Virus record (IMG/VR): IMGVR_UViG_3300035150_000164
Coordinates: 1-64,000 of that record
Direction: 5' to 3' (one strand)
DNA length: 64,000 nt
From: a virus
Made by a program: the position numbers and the translations under genes. The notes beneath the pieces were generated by a model. The model made no database searches. It was given only the letters and a program-made list of their open reading frames with translations, and was not told the origin of the DNA. Shown here one piece after another: positions 20,359 through 30,748 of the stretch; position 1 is the first letter of the stretch, and each line of letters begins with the position of its first letter.

Positions 20359-21331
20359 CGCTCTCTCGCATAAGGTCTTCCAACATATAGCGCCCATCAC
20401 TATGAGACGCTAGATCCCTGTGCGCTACTACCCCAGGACCTGGAAACTTTACTTTCCTCCTCGTATTCGCAGTAGGAAATTCATATGGAAACAATCCAAT
20501 TTTCTTCACCACCCATGGTATAAATATTCTCGCCGATGCCATCTGATCATCTGTAGGACATACATACTGATTGGGCACCTTCTTTAAGCCCTTTCGCTTC
20601 AATATCTTTTTTATACCTTCTGAAAAAGCACTTGGTTTCCAGGTCCACCATTGCCTCGGTATCCTATTAACCCATAATTCCTCGTCTCTATCTCTAACGT
20701 AGATAGGACTATATGGATTCACTACCTCAATTCCTATACTCCTTGAGTTAAGTTGATTTGCATGTACCATCTGATCCAATACCAAATCTCCATGACACGA
20801 TATCCTCCCCCAAGGATCCATTATCAACTGAACTCCGTATCTTTTACGAGTCAACGTTCTCTTACATCCTTCAGCTGTTGACCCACATGTCTCATGACAC
20901 ACAAAATTTGTTAACGCATGTTTCCTTCTCTTATGTGAAAATCTGGGCTCTCCATCATCCAAATAATTCGTAGCGATATATCCTTTTTTTATCATCTCTT
21001 CAGGTAACTTCACCCGCTTTCCCTGTATTATAATCATATTAGAAGGATCTCTACTATCTACAAAAATAGATGGAGGTGAAATCTTCCTAATCTTCTTTGT
21101 GGTATCTTTCAATTCGTCTATATCTGATTTCATAAACTCAAATGTCTTCGGTCCTATCTTCCCATCTGCTACAAGTTTATTCTCAGTCTGATACGCACAT
21201 ACCCATGCAACGAATTCTGAATCAATAGGTCCATCGCTTAATGGTTCTGGTAATTCATGCAACTTCCACAACTTGTTAACCTTATTACTGTTATACCTTA
21301 CCGCATCCAATGTATTCTTCTTATTTAGCAT
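20351..21331 (-). CDS. Endolysin: PG-binding domain + N-acetylmuramoyl-L-alanine amidase (Amidase_2)
   Basis: YQ...LVADGKIGPKT; FVCHET, HAN..NSRSIGIEV, VVAHRD. Confidence 0.85.
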   Translation of the reverse strand: MLNKKNTLDAVRYNSNKVNKLWKLHELPEPLSDGPIDSEFVAWVCAYQTENKLVADGKIGPKTFEFMKSDIDELKDTTKKIRKISPPSIFVDSRDPSNMIIIQGKRVKLPEEMIKKGYIATNYLDDGEPRFSHKRRKHALTNFVCHETCGSTAEGCKRTLTRKRYGVQLIMDPWGRISCHGDLVLDQMVHANQLNSRSIGIEVVNPYSPIYVRDRDEELWVNRIPRQWWTWKPSAFSEGIKKILKRKGLKKVPNQYVCPTDDQMASARIFIPWVVKKIGLFPYEFPTANTRRKVKFPGPGVVAHRDLASHSDGRYMLEDLMRESDA

Positions 21332-21335
21332 CTAT

Positions 21336-21815
21336 TTACCCCATCATCATTCCGACTCTAGCAGCCCTATCACGTGTTCTAGATTTCTTTATCTTCTGAA
21401 AACCACCCCTGTTCATAGAGGCAACCCTTACCGTTCCATCTGCCGTTATTTTTACAAAAAACATCGCATCCTTCAATCTCTTAAGCAAATCCAGCATTGG
21501 ATCATCTACGTTCTGCAATATAATCTCGTTTCTATACCAAAACCCAAACGCATCCCTTGTCCACTCAACTCTGACTCGTATCGGTATATTCCTATCCTCA
21601 GCAACATAGATCCAAATCCTTATCTCTCCAATTGCCTTACCTGATCCATCCAATAACGGAGATACCAACATCGATATATATCCTCCTGGATATGATGTCG
21701 GCACTGGCGTTATAAATTCTCGTTTCGTCCTACCCGTCATACGCAAATATCCCTTGGCTGCATCTATCATCCTGTCAGCAATATCTCTCCTTGACATCTG
21801 CGTTAAATCACCCAT
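21336..21815 (-). CDS. Hypothetical protein
   Basis: ORF between holin and endolysin. Confidence 0.6.
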   Translation of the reverse strand: MGDLTQMSRRDIADRMIDAAKGYLRMTGRTKREFITPVPTSYPGGYISMLVSPLLDGSGKAIGEIRIWIYVAEDRNIPIRVRVEWTRDAFGFWYRNEIILQNVDDPMLDLLKRLKDAMFFVKITADGTVRVASMNRGGFQKIKKSRTRDRAARVGMMMG

Positions 21816-21820
21816 TTATT

Positions 21821-22099
21821 CTATCCCTCGGTCAATATCCTCTTATCATCCTCGTCTGGCTCAGTTGTGTCTTCCCAGTTTGGTCCGTCTTCATCACCTT
21901 TGGCAATGATAACATCCGATTTCTTTCCTTGATTACCATGATCTGCGATCCCTTGCCCAACTACATACGCAGCAACAAGACCTACAATAGTCAAAATCGC
22001 CTCGTTGGAAATTCCAAGTTTTAACGTGTCATTCAAAACAGTCAATACCGCAGTCAATACAACCGTCAAAAGTTTCCTTGAATTAATCTTTTTCAACAT
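21821..22099 (-). CDS. Holin
   Basis: SRKL start, two TM helices, YVVGQGIAD, charged tail; near endolysin. Confidence 0.7.
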   Translation of the reverse strand: MLKKINSRKLLTVVLTAVLTVLNDTLKLGISNEAILTIVGLVAAYVVGQGIADHGNQGKKSDVIIAKGDEDGPNWEDTTEPDEDDKRILTEG

Positions 22100-22101
22100 C
22101 T

Positions 22102-22347
22102 TTATTCTCCTATCAAAGTTTCTACTTTTCTTACTATTACATCATGACCTATCCTACCAATAGACTCAGGATCTCCATCACTCATGGATACAAACATCTC
22201 ACAATCTCCACCTATACCAGCATACTTACTAAATTGTTTCAATGCACTTGCTAAAGCATTAGCATCATCAACCCTTGCCAAGTGAATTACAACTTTTACT
22301 GATTGATCATTCCTTATCTCATCAAGCCTTCTAATAAGATTCTTCAT
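22102..22347 (-). CDS. Putative capsid-internal protein
   Basis: MKNLIRRLDE N-terminus. Confidence 0.5.
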   Translation of the reverse strand: MKNLIRRLDEIRNDQSVKVVIHLARVDDANALASALKQFSKYAGIGGDCEMFVSMSDGDPESIGRIGHDVIVRKVETLIGE

Positions 22348-23105
22348 CTTAAATATGCCTTACGAAGAGTTGGAGATTCACCCTTGTACTCATCCACTAC
22401 CTTGTTCATAGCATCTATGTACGCCTGGTAAGCCTCAACCTCTGACTGCATTTTCTTCGCCATCGCAGAAGCAGACCAGTCACCAGTTAACCTCTTGAAT
22501 ACGACCGACCTGTTCTTCATAGCCTTCTTGAATGCCATGTTTGAATTGACCTTCTTCATACCATCAGAGGTGAACATCTTCTCCATTGAAACTGCCTTCT
22601 TCTCAACCTCGTCAAGTTTTGCCTCAACTTCTTTCAGTTTTTTCTCCTCCTTTGGAGTACCGCCTTTTGTTGCTCGCTCTTTCGCAAATAACTCTTCGTC
22701 CCTTTCCTCAATACGGCTAAGTATCTTTGACATTCCTCCTATCCTATTCAATGATTTTCTCATACCTATACCCCTATCCTCAAAAAGTTTAGCCTCTTTT
22801 TTCATACCATTCTTCTTCATTATATCTATAATCTGCTTAGCCTCTTTAGAGTTAACCTCTCCACCCTTTGCCAACACCTTTGCAGCATAAGATAAAATTC
22901 TGTTCTTAGGCTCGTAATACAAAGCAAGATACAATGCGTCTAGTTTATCCCTGTTAATTTCAGGACGTTTTCTCTGCGCACCGAACTTACTTCTAGGACG
23001 TATATGAGTACCACTATACACACCCCTGGAAAATCCCGGAGCACTCCACGAATGACCCTCGTCATCATGTGCTATTCCTTTTTTGTCTATATAGACTTCG
23101 CTCAT
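22344..23105 (-). CDS. Hypothetical Lys-rich helical protein
   Basis: ORF in packed cluster. Confidence 0.6.
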   Translation of the reverse strand: MSEVYIDKKGIAHDDEGHSWSAPGFSRGVYSGTHIRPRSKFGAQRKRPEINRDKLDALYLALYYEPKNRILSYAAKVLAKGGEVNSKEAKQIIDIMKKNGMKKEAKLFEDRGIGMRKSLNRIGGMSKILSRIEERDEELFAKERATKGGTPKEEKKLKEVEAKLDEVEKKAVSMEKMFTSDGMKKVNSNMAFKKAMKNRSVVFKRLTGDWSASAMAKKMQSEVEAYQAYIDAMNKVVDEYKGESPTLRKAYLR

Positions 23106-23106
23106 T

Positions 23107-23394
23107 TTATTCCTCTCTAGTAATATCTTCCCCCAATACCTTCTTGGCAGCTGTTGTCAAAGCATCCGATACTGCACTCAAAAATTTCTTCGCATTATCG
23201 TCTTTGTCAGCAACAGATGCCAAACCCTTAATAAGTTGTGACATCTTAAAAAACGCATCTTTGTCCCTGTAATCAGTATCTCTAAGCGCTTTTATCGTAT
23301 CATCTGTATCTGATGCTTCGCTAATATCACTCTCACAAATTACACCTGACGGAATACCAGATAATTCTCTCAATCTATTTATATCCAATACCAT
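23107..23394 (-). CDS. Putative prohead-associated protein
   Basis: RLRELSGIP resembles the scaffold C-terminus ARLAGIPG. Confidence 0.55.
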   Translation of the reverse strand: MVLDINRLRELSGIPSGVICESDISEASDTDDTIKALRDTDYRDKDAFFKMSQLIKGLASVADKDDNAKKFLSAVSDALTTAAKKVLGEDITREE

Positions 23395-23435
23395 TCTGTT
23401 ACCTCTTTATCTTTTTTCATTTGTTTCTCCTTGAT

Positions 23436-24002
23436 TTATATTGGATCAAGCAAAGTGAACTCAGAAAATGCATCTATATTCAATTCAAGTTCTGAAATAG
23501 ACACCTCGCCACTAGTAGCATCGAAATCGCTACCAGCCTTATATCTTGTCGGAATAGCATTCCATAACAACCATGCTTTACCCGGTAAATACAAACCTGC
23601 CTCTATAGGCAAATCTATTCCCTCCACCAATGACCCATCTAGTCCACCAGCATCGTGTGCTAAATTGATATTAGTAAAATGTAACAACAATAAGTGCCTG
23701 TTTGTTACCTCAAGTCCTATAATAGCCCTGTACATCCAATCCCACATCGTATCATCATACCCGCGAACACCTCTAGTTAGTGTAATAGGTCCAGCAGATC
23801 CGCCAATATAAGAATGCTTTTTAAACATAGAATTTACCTGTTTTATCTCGTCAACCTCCGCAGTATATTCGGGTGCTGTGATAGATTTAAATCCGAAAAA
23901 AGGCGCGCCTAAAACGTAAAAAGGGGGGGCAACAGATGGTACTACATCAAATAACCAAAATCTATGAGTCTGCATAAAATCAGCAATTCGGCTTCTCGCC
24001 AT
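23436..24002 (-). CDS. Tail tube protein 2 (T4 gp19-like)
   Basis: GFKSITAPE, ITLTRGV, WLLWNAIPTRYKAGSDFDATSGEVSISELEL. Confidence 0.9.
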   Translation of the reverse strand: MARSRIADFMQTHRFWLFDVVPSVAPPFYVLGAPFFGFKSITAPEYTAEVDEIKQVNSMFKKHSYIGGSAGPITLTRGVRGYDDTMWDWMYRAIIGLEVTNRHLLLLHFTNINLAHDAGGLDGSLVEGIDLPIEAGLYLPGKAWLLWNAIPTRYKAGSDFDATSGEVSISELELNIDAFSEFTLLDPI

Positions 24003-24020
24003 ATCACACCTATATTCCCA

Positions 24021-24575
24021 CTATATAGACTCTGAAACAGACTCTGAACCATATAAAATATCAAAATACTCAATAGCCAAATCAACTTCTGCAAGCGAAA
24101 CATCCCCAGTCATTGAATCAAAATCACCAGCTGGCTTCGCTCTAATAGCAAAACATTCTCCACACTTTATCTCACGAGTATCTGTTCCAGGGTCTGCCGA
24201 TGTAGCTAAACTCATCTCGCTACGCTGATAATGATAGATACTAACATCAGAACGATATTCCGTTCCCCTAATACTAGCCATTATCATTTTAAAAAAAGAC
24301 GAATCCCTCTTTGTAATTCCTCTCATCAACGTAATCTCAGATACAGTAGGTGGTCCAGGATATTTCTGAGTCCACTCAAATGTTCCTTCCCTATACTCAG
24401 ATGCTTCTACAGACAATTCAGGAATAGTAACAGATTGAAACCCAGCCTGTACATCGCCTGCTCCTCGTCCGTCAGCTCCATCCTCTACACCCTGAAGTGG
24501 ATCAGTACCATTACTATCGCTAGCAATTACATGGTATCGAAAACCCTGCATAAAATCTGTATTTGCTGCCCTCAT
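24021..24575 (-). CDS. Tail tube protein 1 (T4 gp19-like)
   Basis: AGFQSV, EYREG, KYPG, ITLMRGI, DFDS...VSLAEVDL. Confidence 0.9.
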   Translation of the reverse strand: MRAANTDFMQGFRYHVIASDSNGTDPLQGVEDGADGRGAGDVQAGFQSVTIPELSVEASEYREGTFEWTQKYPGPPTVSEITLMRGITKRDSSFFKMIMASIRGTEYRSDVSIYHYQRSEMSLATSADPGTDTREIKCGECFAIRAKPAGDFDSMTGDVSLAEVDLAIEYFDILYGSESVSESI

Positions 24576-24592
24576 TATTAAATCTCCTATCC

Positions 24593-25321
24593 CTACGAGG
24601 TATAAGGCCCCGGAGGTAAATTACTAGCTCCAAGTTGAGGAGCTGCATCAAACATGCTAGTTCCCCATCCTTCACCTAGAACAAACATTATCTGTCCATC
24701 AGAAGTTACAGAGCCTGTCCCTACAACTTGGAATTTACAATCTGGAGGAACTATAACTCCACCATTTAACCATTCTTTGTATCCTACACCTGTTGTCAAT
24801 GTAACATAACCAGCATTAACAGAATTTCCGTCTCTATCTATAATATTAAAATTTACAGCAGTTAGAGTTGGAATATTCACTAAAACAGTTTTGATACTAT
24901 ATCCGTTTCTTGCAATAGTTTCAGGAATATCTATCAACCCACCATCTTCAAGTCCAGAAAATACCCTGTAACGACCACGTCTAATAGTCTCTTCACTATC
25001 CGAATAATTTACTGTTGTAACATCACCATCTACATCGCAAGTTGCGCTAGATGATGTACCTGTAATGGTCAAACCATCACTTGGAGAAACACCTGTAGAT
25101 AGTAATATCACCATACTACCAGTAGCACCATCATCAACAAGCGTACTAAGTATTCCAGTACCTCCAGTCCATGATAACGGCTCACCTAGTGTAAATGGAC
25201 CACTGCCTTCGTTATCATAATCAAAAGAATACGATACTCCAGTAGGTGCAACACCTGTTAGTCCTCCACCATTAAGTACCCTATGTATAATAACACTAGG
25301 TATTACCTTTATAACAGCCAT
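24593..25321 (-). CDS. Tail-associated structural protein
   Basis: Beta-rich G/T/S composition; between sheath and tube. Confidence 0.55.
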   Translation of the reverse strand: MAVIKVIPSVIIHRVLNGGGLTGVAPTGVSYSFDYDNEGSGPFTLGEPLSWTGGTGILSTLVDDGATGSMVILLSTGVSPSDGLTITGTSSSATCDVDGDVTTVNYSDSEETIRRGRYRVFSGLEDGGLIDIPETIARNGYSIKTVLVNIPTLTAVNFNIIDRDGNSVNAGYVTLTTGVGYKEWLNGGVIVPPDCKFQVVGTGSVTSDGQIMFVLGEGWGTSMFDAAPQLGASNLPPGPYTS

Positions 25322-25329
25322 TCAGTTAC

Positions 25330-28122
25330 CTACCCCTCTGAAGATAAAACTTTTTGACTAAAACGAAATACAAGAAATTCTGCTGGTTTGTTCGTAGCGA
25401 CACCAACATCACAGAAAACGATACCCTGATCTACAGTATTCTGTGGATTGTTAGTCCTATCACAAATGACAAAATATGATTCTGAAGGAGTTGTACCCGC
25501 AAATACTCCAGCCTGATGTTGACCAAGTAAAAACGAACTCACTTGATTTCTAATTCTGTTCCATAATGCAGGTCCATTATTTCTAAACAGGTGAACATGA
25601 GTAGAATTAAACACTGACTTCTCAACAAACATAAGAGTACGTCTCATCTGGATATACGGAAATTCTCCTCCAGATGCATCAAGAGTACGCGCACCCCAAA
25701 CAACCCTTCCAGTGTGAGGCCACTGTACTAAAGCATTAATCTTATCTGTCTTGTAAACTATCCCAACCTGTTCAGGAGTCAAATCCAACTCAAGACCAGT
25801 AGACCAAGCTAAATTTCCTTTCCCCATACCAGCTGGAGCTTCACCAACATTGTTATCATTGTCTGTCCTAGCATATACCCCAGCAACATGACCACCACAA
25901 GGTATATCCAGATTAACTCCACTTACTGGATCCAAAACCTTAACATGAGGATAATACAAAGCTGCATAACTAGACATTTTGTTAAGAGTAAATTTCTTCC
26001 AGTTTACAGCTTCCTGATATGTTAACCCATGAGGAACTGTCAAAAGAACGAACTTGTCTTTCATCAATTCAGCATAATCAACTAAAGCAGCTCCAACCGT
26101 TGAATCTGTCTGGAAATCAGCGGCTACCAGTTGCATAAGAGCATCCACTTTTCCAAACGCATAAATACCAGCCTGGTCAATAGCAAGAGAAGCATCAATA
26201 ATATCAGTACTTGATACCGCTGTACCATCTGTTCCTCCTGCCAAAACAGAAGATACAGAAGTAGCAGGATTCATATAGTAACTAGCCGTTTGAATATAAG
26301 CACCAGCAGGTCCTGCACCTGGATTTCCAGAAATAGCCCAAGTAAGATTGACAACTCCAGTTGTATAGCTTACTGTATTAACCCCGACTGAATTCAAGCT
26401 AAATTTTTGCGGATATCCAGTAGCCTGAGTATCAGATATAGACATATTCCCATTTGCATCATCCTCAAGTGCAATCGCTGTAGCATAAATACAACCAAAT
26501 GTAATATCGCTACTAGCAACCGCAGTATCTGAAGACCATGCTGTTACATCCTGTAACGTAAGAGTGTTAGCAGGTGTACCTGTAATCCCTGTAATCTGCC
26601 CAGTAGTATAATCAATAGTAGCACAAGACCCAGCAACACCGTCCCACAGATTACCATCGCCATCATCAATAATATGGACCGCTCCAGCTCCAGTAAGAGT
26701 CATATCAATCGTAACAGACCCTGGAACAATCGCAGCAGGAACAGATGTGCTACCAGGTGAAACAATTGATTCTTCTCCACCTGCATCTGCTGTAGCCGTT
26801 CCTATCTTAACTACAGGCTCTATAACTGCATAAATGTCACCCGTTGTCCAAGCAACAGGAGTAGCTGTCAAAACACCTGTAATACTAGTTGTGTCATTGG
26901 CAGTAATAATCGCAGATGCTCCACCTGTGATATTCACTACAATCTTACCTACCAATCCATTTGTCGTACCAAAATCAGCAGTAGAATCTGTAAGAACAGC
27001 ATTGTCAGCAGTAGCCGTACCTGTAAACGAAACCAAACCATCCGCCATCTGAAAATCCATACCAAGTGTCATCTCAAACGGTGCATTAGCAAGAGTATAC
27101 TCCCACGCCTTTGTAGCTCCATCGTAAGCCACTGGAGGCGTCGAAGTACTTCCCTGTGGTCTCTGTGTAGCAGTAACAGATTCGTCCGTTACAGCAGTTC
27201 CCTGAAGTGTAGGTGGATTAATCCCGTTTCCATAATCAACTACTTCTATCAGATCAGAACCAGAACCATCAGCGTTAATAACAGTAGCAACATACGATGG
27301 AGATGTAGAATCATCAAATACTAAATCTGCCCATGTCTCTACTGTCGCCCAAGATCTATTTAAAGCATCTTGGTTTACATCCTCGTCAACAATAACTGTA
27401 AACCTTGACCAACTAGCTGTTGCCTGAGTAAGATAGTCGTCGCTGCCCTGAATAATTCTTACCCTATAAAAATTACCAGCAGCACCAGGCCAAGCCATCT
27501 GAAATCTAAAAATAACATAATTATACGTAGCTAATATGTAATCTGTAGTTCCTGTAAATTGAGAAGGATCTGTTAGCTCTACATGTATCTCTCCAGTAGA
27601 TAAATCAATTGTACCAGTTCCTCCGGATGCAGACCCACCAGATGCAGTAGCATCTAAAGTAAGAACTCCATCGTCGTCAGAAACGAAAACATTAACTTCA
27701 GCTGGTGTTCCCGCATTAGAAAACGTCAAAGAAAACCCAGATGACAAAACTGGAGCATAGTCTAACTGCAAATCATATATTCCAGTAGGCTGTACAGTGT
27801 TGTCTACCTGTTCATCCTCTACAGATGCTGGAAAATCCCAATAAGCATCATCGGCATCATCGGCAGTAACACGCACAAAATACAAACGCTGTCCACCGTT
27901 AACAAAGAAGGCATATGCCTCATGAGCTGATATGCTATCTGCTGTGAAAGTACCAAATTTAGATGCCCATTCTGGAAAACTAGTAGAAATAATAGGTTCG
28001 TTAACAGGACCCTTGGTGCTAAACCCAATTAATCCCAAATTTGAAGTTGATACGCCAGTTATCGGACCAGGACCACTTGATACTTCTTGAATATATACTC
28101 CTGGATATGTGTAATCTGTCAT
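25330..28122 (-). CDS. Contractile tail sheath protein
   Basis: YPGVYIQE, GFSTKGP, FFVNGG, APAG, VWGARTL, RR, PAEFLVFRF. Confidence 0.95.
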   Translation of the reverse strand: MTDYTYPGVYIQEVSSGPGPITGVSTSNLGLIGFSTKGPVNEPIISTSFPEWASKFGTFTADSISAHEAYAFFVNGGQRLYFVRVTADDADDAYWDFPASVEDEQVDNTVQPTGIYDLQLDYAPVLSSGFSLTFSNAGTPAEVNVFVSDDDGVLTLDATASGGSASGGTGTIDLSTGEIHVELTDPSQFTGTTDYILATYNYVIFRFQMAWPGAAGNFYRVRIIQGSDDYLTQATASWSRFTVIVDEDVNQDALNRSWATVETWADLVFDDSTSPSYVATVINADGSGSDLIEVVDYGNGINPPTLQGTAVTDESVTATQRPQGSTSTPPVAYDGATKAWEYTLANAPFEMTLGMDFQMADGLVSFTGTATADNAVLTDSTADFGTTNGLVGKIVVNITGGASAIITANDTTSITGVLTATPVAWTTGDIYAVIEPVVKIGTATADAGGEESIVSPGSTSVPAAIVPGSVTIDMTLTGAGAVHIIDDGDGNLWDGVAGSCATIDYTTGQITGITGTPANTLTLQDVTAWSSDTAVASSDITFGCIYATAIALEDDANGNMSISDTQATGYPQKFSLNSVGVNTVSYTTGVVNLTWAISGNPGAGPAGAYIQTASYYMNPATSVSSVLAGGTDGTAVSSTDIIDASLAIDQAGIYAFGKVDALMQLVAADFQTDSTVGAALVDYAELMKDKFVLLTVPHGLTYQEAVNWKKFTLNKMSSYAALYYPHVKVLDPVSGVNLDIPCGGHVAGVYARTDNDNNVGEAPAGMGKGNLAWSTGLELDLTPEQVGIVYKTDKINALVQWPHTGRVVWGARTLDASGGEFPYIQMRRTLMFVEKSVFNSTHVHLFRNNGPALWNRIRNQVSSFLLGQHQAGVFAGTTPSESYFVICDRTNNPQNTVDQGIVFCDVGVATNKPAEFLVFRFSQKVLSSEG

Positions 28123-28155
28123 TTTAAAACTCTCCTGAAATGTTTTTCAAGCCGA

Positions 28156-28620
28156 TTAACGGCGTGTTCGTTTACCTTTCTTATTACTATCATCGTTCAA
28201 CACTCCAGCATCGTCAATCTCTTCCACTATTTCAACAGATTTTTTATCATCTTTTTTCTCCTTTTTAGGAGAATAATCATCACCTGTAACATTCAATTCG
28301 TGTTCTGTCATCTCCATTCCAACCTTTGATACTGGTGGCATATTGGATGACTTTGTAATACCCTTCTCTGCAAAAAATCTAGCAAGAGGACTCTTTCCAA
28401 TAGCCTCTTTTATGGTCTTATCAGGAATAGGATCATCACTAACTAAAGACATATTCTTAGGTTTTCCAGTTTTCCTGAGTTGACCTTTTCTGATCAAAGC
28501 TTTAACCTCAATCGTTTCCTCAAGAATCTCAACCTTAGAATGTGGTCTAACTGATTTCGAAAGCCCCCTCTTTACAGGTATAGGCCTTGCTGTCTTTCCT
28601 GAATAGTAATACCAAGCCAT
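28156..28620 (-). CDS. Hypothetical protein
   Basis: ORF upstream of sheath with GAGG RBS. Confidence 0.6.
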   Translation of the reverse strand: MAWYYYSGKTARPIPVKRGLSKSVRPHSKVEILEETIEVKALIRKGQLRKTGKPKNMSLVSDDPIPDKTIKEAIGKSPLARFFAEKGITKSSNMPPVSKVGMEMTEHELNVTGDDYSPKKEKKDDKKSVEIVEEIDDAGVLNDDSNKKGKRTRR

Positions 28621-28628
28621 CTTTCCTC

Positions 28629-29315
28629 CTATTCTACACCCATACTTACTGTATTTCGCGGGTCAACCATCGCTGAAGAAACAACATCATCAAACGTATC
28701 AATCTCTGCTCTAACAGTAAATGAAAATGTATATGATTGTGTTCTATCGGCAATATCAGCTAACTCCGATGTATTTGAAATACCTGTTTCTCCAGCATCA
28801 TAATAACGTACATCTCCAAGAGAGTCCACAACTTTAAACTCAAACCAAGGAATTCTCATTACTCTCATAACATATCCAATCATCAAATTCTTTACCTGCC
28901 CTCTTCGGGCATAAACACTTAAATCATAAGATATGTCATAAGGATCTCCCCTCCTCTGCGTCTCATATTTACTCCACCCTGTCTCACCGGTAGGCAACGT
29001 AATAGGAATAGCATCATGAGAAGGACCTCTAGCAACTGTACCAGCATAAGGCTGCCTATCAAATGCTGGAGTCAACGAATTCTGCTTAAAAATAAATGAC
29101 GGTAATATATAATCTTGATAAGGATCTTCTGGTGTATCAAAAAAAACAGGTATCTTGTTCTGAAATCTAGCCATACCAGTATCTATACCATCAATATCAA
29201 CCACATACTGAGCCCTAATTCCACCGTCTATAGTATAAGTAATCACCTCTGCACCAAGCGTAAGAAAACACCCAAGATCCCAATCCCGAATGCTTAAAGT
29301 TCCAAGTACAGTCAT
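28629..29315 (-). CDS. Tail terminator / sheath stabiliser (gp15-like)
   Basis: ILPSFI, PYDISYDLSVYAR, YTFSFTVRAE; synteny. Confidence 0.7.
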   Translation of the reverse strand: MTVLGTLSIRDWDLGCFLTLGAEVITYTIDGGIRAQYVVDIDGIDTGMARFQNKIPVFFDTPEDPYQDYILPSFIFKQNSLTPAFDRQPYAGTVARGPSHDAIPITLPTGETGWSKYETQRRGDPYDISYDLSVYARRGQVKNLMIGYVMRVMRIPWFEFKVVDSLGDVRYYDAGETGISNTSELADIADRTQSYTFSFTVRAEIDTFDDVVSSAMVDPRNTVSMGVE

Positions 29316-29328
29316 CTAAATCTCAACA

Positions 29329-29342
29329 CGAACTTAAGTTCG
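29329..29342. repeat. Dispersed palindrome
   Basis: CGAACTTAAGTTCG, intergenic. Confidence 0.9.
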
Positions 29343-29354
29343 CATATATTCATA

Positions 29355-29594
29355 TTACTCTTCACCATCTCCACTGTCTTCATCATCTTCGTCTTGTTGC
29401 AGTACTTCATCTCCGCAATCAATATCACAAAGATCTGCATCAGCCATCTGATTAATAAAATCGTAGGCTCGCTCTGCATCTTCTCGACTTCTCTCCAACG
29501 ATCTGTATAACAACTTATTCTCAATGCTACCAAGTGTATTATTCAGATCATCTAGTCTATCATTGTCCTTGTTTCCATCTTTCATCTTTTTCAT
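29355..29594 (-). CDS. Small acidic protein
   Basis: AAGGA RBS; packed cluster. Confidence 0.55.
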   Translation of the reverse strand: MKKMKDGNKDNDRLDDLNNTLGSIENKLLYRSLERSREDAERAYDFINQMADADLCDIDCGDEVLQQDEDDEDSGDGEE

Positions 29595-29603
29595 CCTTTC
29601 AAA

Positions 29604-30446
29604 TCATTTTAAAAATGGAGCGATCTCCTTTGAAAACCCGTATCCGTCTTTTATTACGGATGATCCAATTTTATCATACTTTGGTAAATTAAATATATTT
29701 TTATTTCCAGTCTCTATGTATTTAATTACCTTAAACATGCATTCTTTCGCATATTTCTTTGTGTCCTTAAAAGCTGGTCTCCAGTGAGGATCCTGTTTCT
29801 GACCATCTAAACCAAGTTCTTTCCTCAACACGTTATATCCTAAATCAACATGAGACATCAAACCAATACCATGCTCCGTATACCCTACATGTGGTGATTT
29901 TGCTCCCGCTTTAGATAAGTCAAGTTCTATTTTTGACCTCTGTCTAAATAATCGCTCTGATAATTCCTTTAATTCATCATCTCTCGCCAACCTAGATATT
30001 ACCTTTGACTGATTATTCTCAACTTTTACAGGCACCATATCAGCAGGCCAAGGTCCATATCTCATCAAAATAGATACCCATTTAGGAGATCCGTTATGTG
30101 GCTTAAAATAAAGTACCGTTCTACCCTTGTCATCTGAAGTTATCTCTGCCTTTTCACCATTTAAATATATAGCGATAACATCCTCATCTTCACCCTCTTC
30201 AAGCAATCCAACCCTAAGATCCTCAGCATACTTCCTCTTCTTACCACCTATCTCTATATCTGGAGCTCTCTTCTTAATCTCTTCATACATGTAATTACCA
30301 ACATCCAATAAAAAAAACAACCTAGCCTCTTCAAACCTCTTAGGCCACTCGTTTTCAATATCATGCATCAGTTTTATCGTCTTTTTATCAAAACCAACTT
30401 GAATTATTGTAGATGAATCTCTAGTTGATTTTAATGGCTTCCTCAT
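29604..30446 (-). CDS. Putative head-tail/tail completion protein
   Basis: C-terminal ELG...PHWRPAF resembles HK97 gp10-like proteins. Confidence 0.5.
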   Translation of the reverse strand: MRKPLKSTRDSSTIIQVGFDKKTIKLMHDIENEWPKRFEEARLFFLLDVGNYMYEEIKKRAPDIEIGGKKRKYAEDLRVGLLEEGEDEDVIAIYLNGEKAEITSDDKGRTVLYFKPHNGSPKWVSILMRYGPWPADMVPVKVENNQSKVISRLARDDELKELSERLFRQRSKIELDLSKAGAKSPHVGYTEHGIGLMSHVDLGYNVLRKELGLDGQKQDPHWRPAFKDTKKYAKECMFKVIKYIETGNKNIFNLPKYDKIGSSVIKDGYGFSKEIAPFLK

Positions 30447-30724
30447 TCAATATTCAACGCCTTCATAATATCATGCATCGCGTCAACCAAATCTTCTGAA
30501 GCATCCCTGAATTTCCTATGCGCCATATCAAGTTTTCTTGTCGAATCCCCACCAGCATTACTAGCTTTAAGATCTTTCAAAAAATGAAAAATCTCGGTGT
30601 CTAAATCAGCTGTTTTCTTCACTTTATCTTTTATAGAAACCCACGCTTTCTTTACCCTTTCGAGTTTCTTAAAGTCAATATTAAAATTCTCCATCTTTTC
30701 AATCAATTCACGCATTTTTCTCAC
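30443..30724 (-). CDS. Putative capsid-internal protein
   Basis: MRELIEKME N-terminus. Confidence 0.5.
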   Translation of the reverse strand: MRKMRELIEKMENFNIDFKKLERVKKAWVSIKDKVKKTADLDTEIFHFLKDLKASNAGGDSTRKLDMAHRKFRDASEDLVDAMHDIMKALNIE

Positions 30725-30732
30725 TCCTTATA

Positions 30733-30746
30733 CGAACTTGAGTTCG
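30733..30746. repeat. Dispersed palindrome
   Basis: CGAACTTGAGTTCG, intergenic. Confidence 0.9.
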
Positions 30747-30748
30747 CA

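Noticed and set aside
1927-29315. Stand-alone extracellular contractile injection system (two tubes, LysM, spike)
   Set aside because: Contiguous with capsid, portal, protease and terminase genes, so it is a phage tail.
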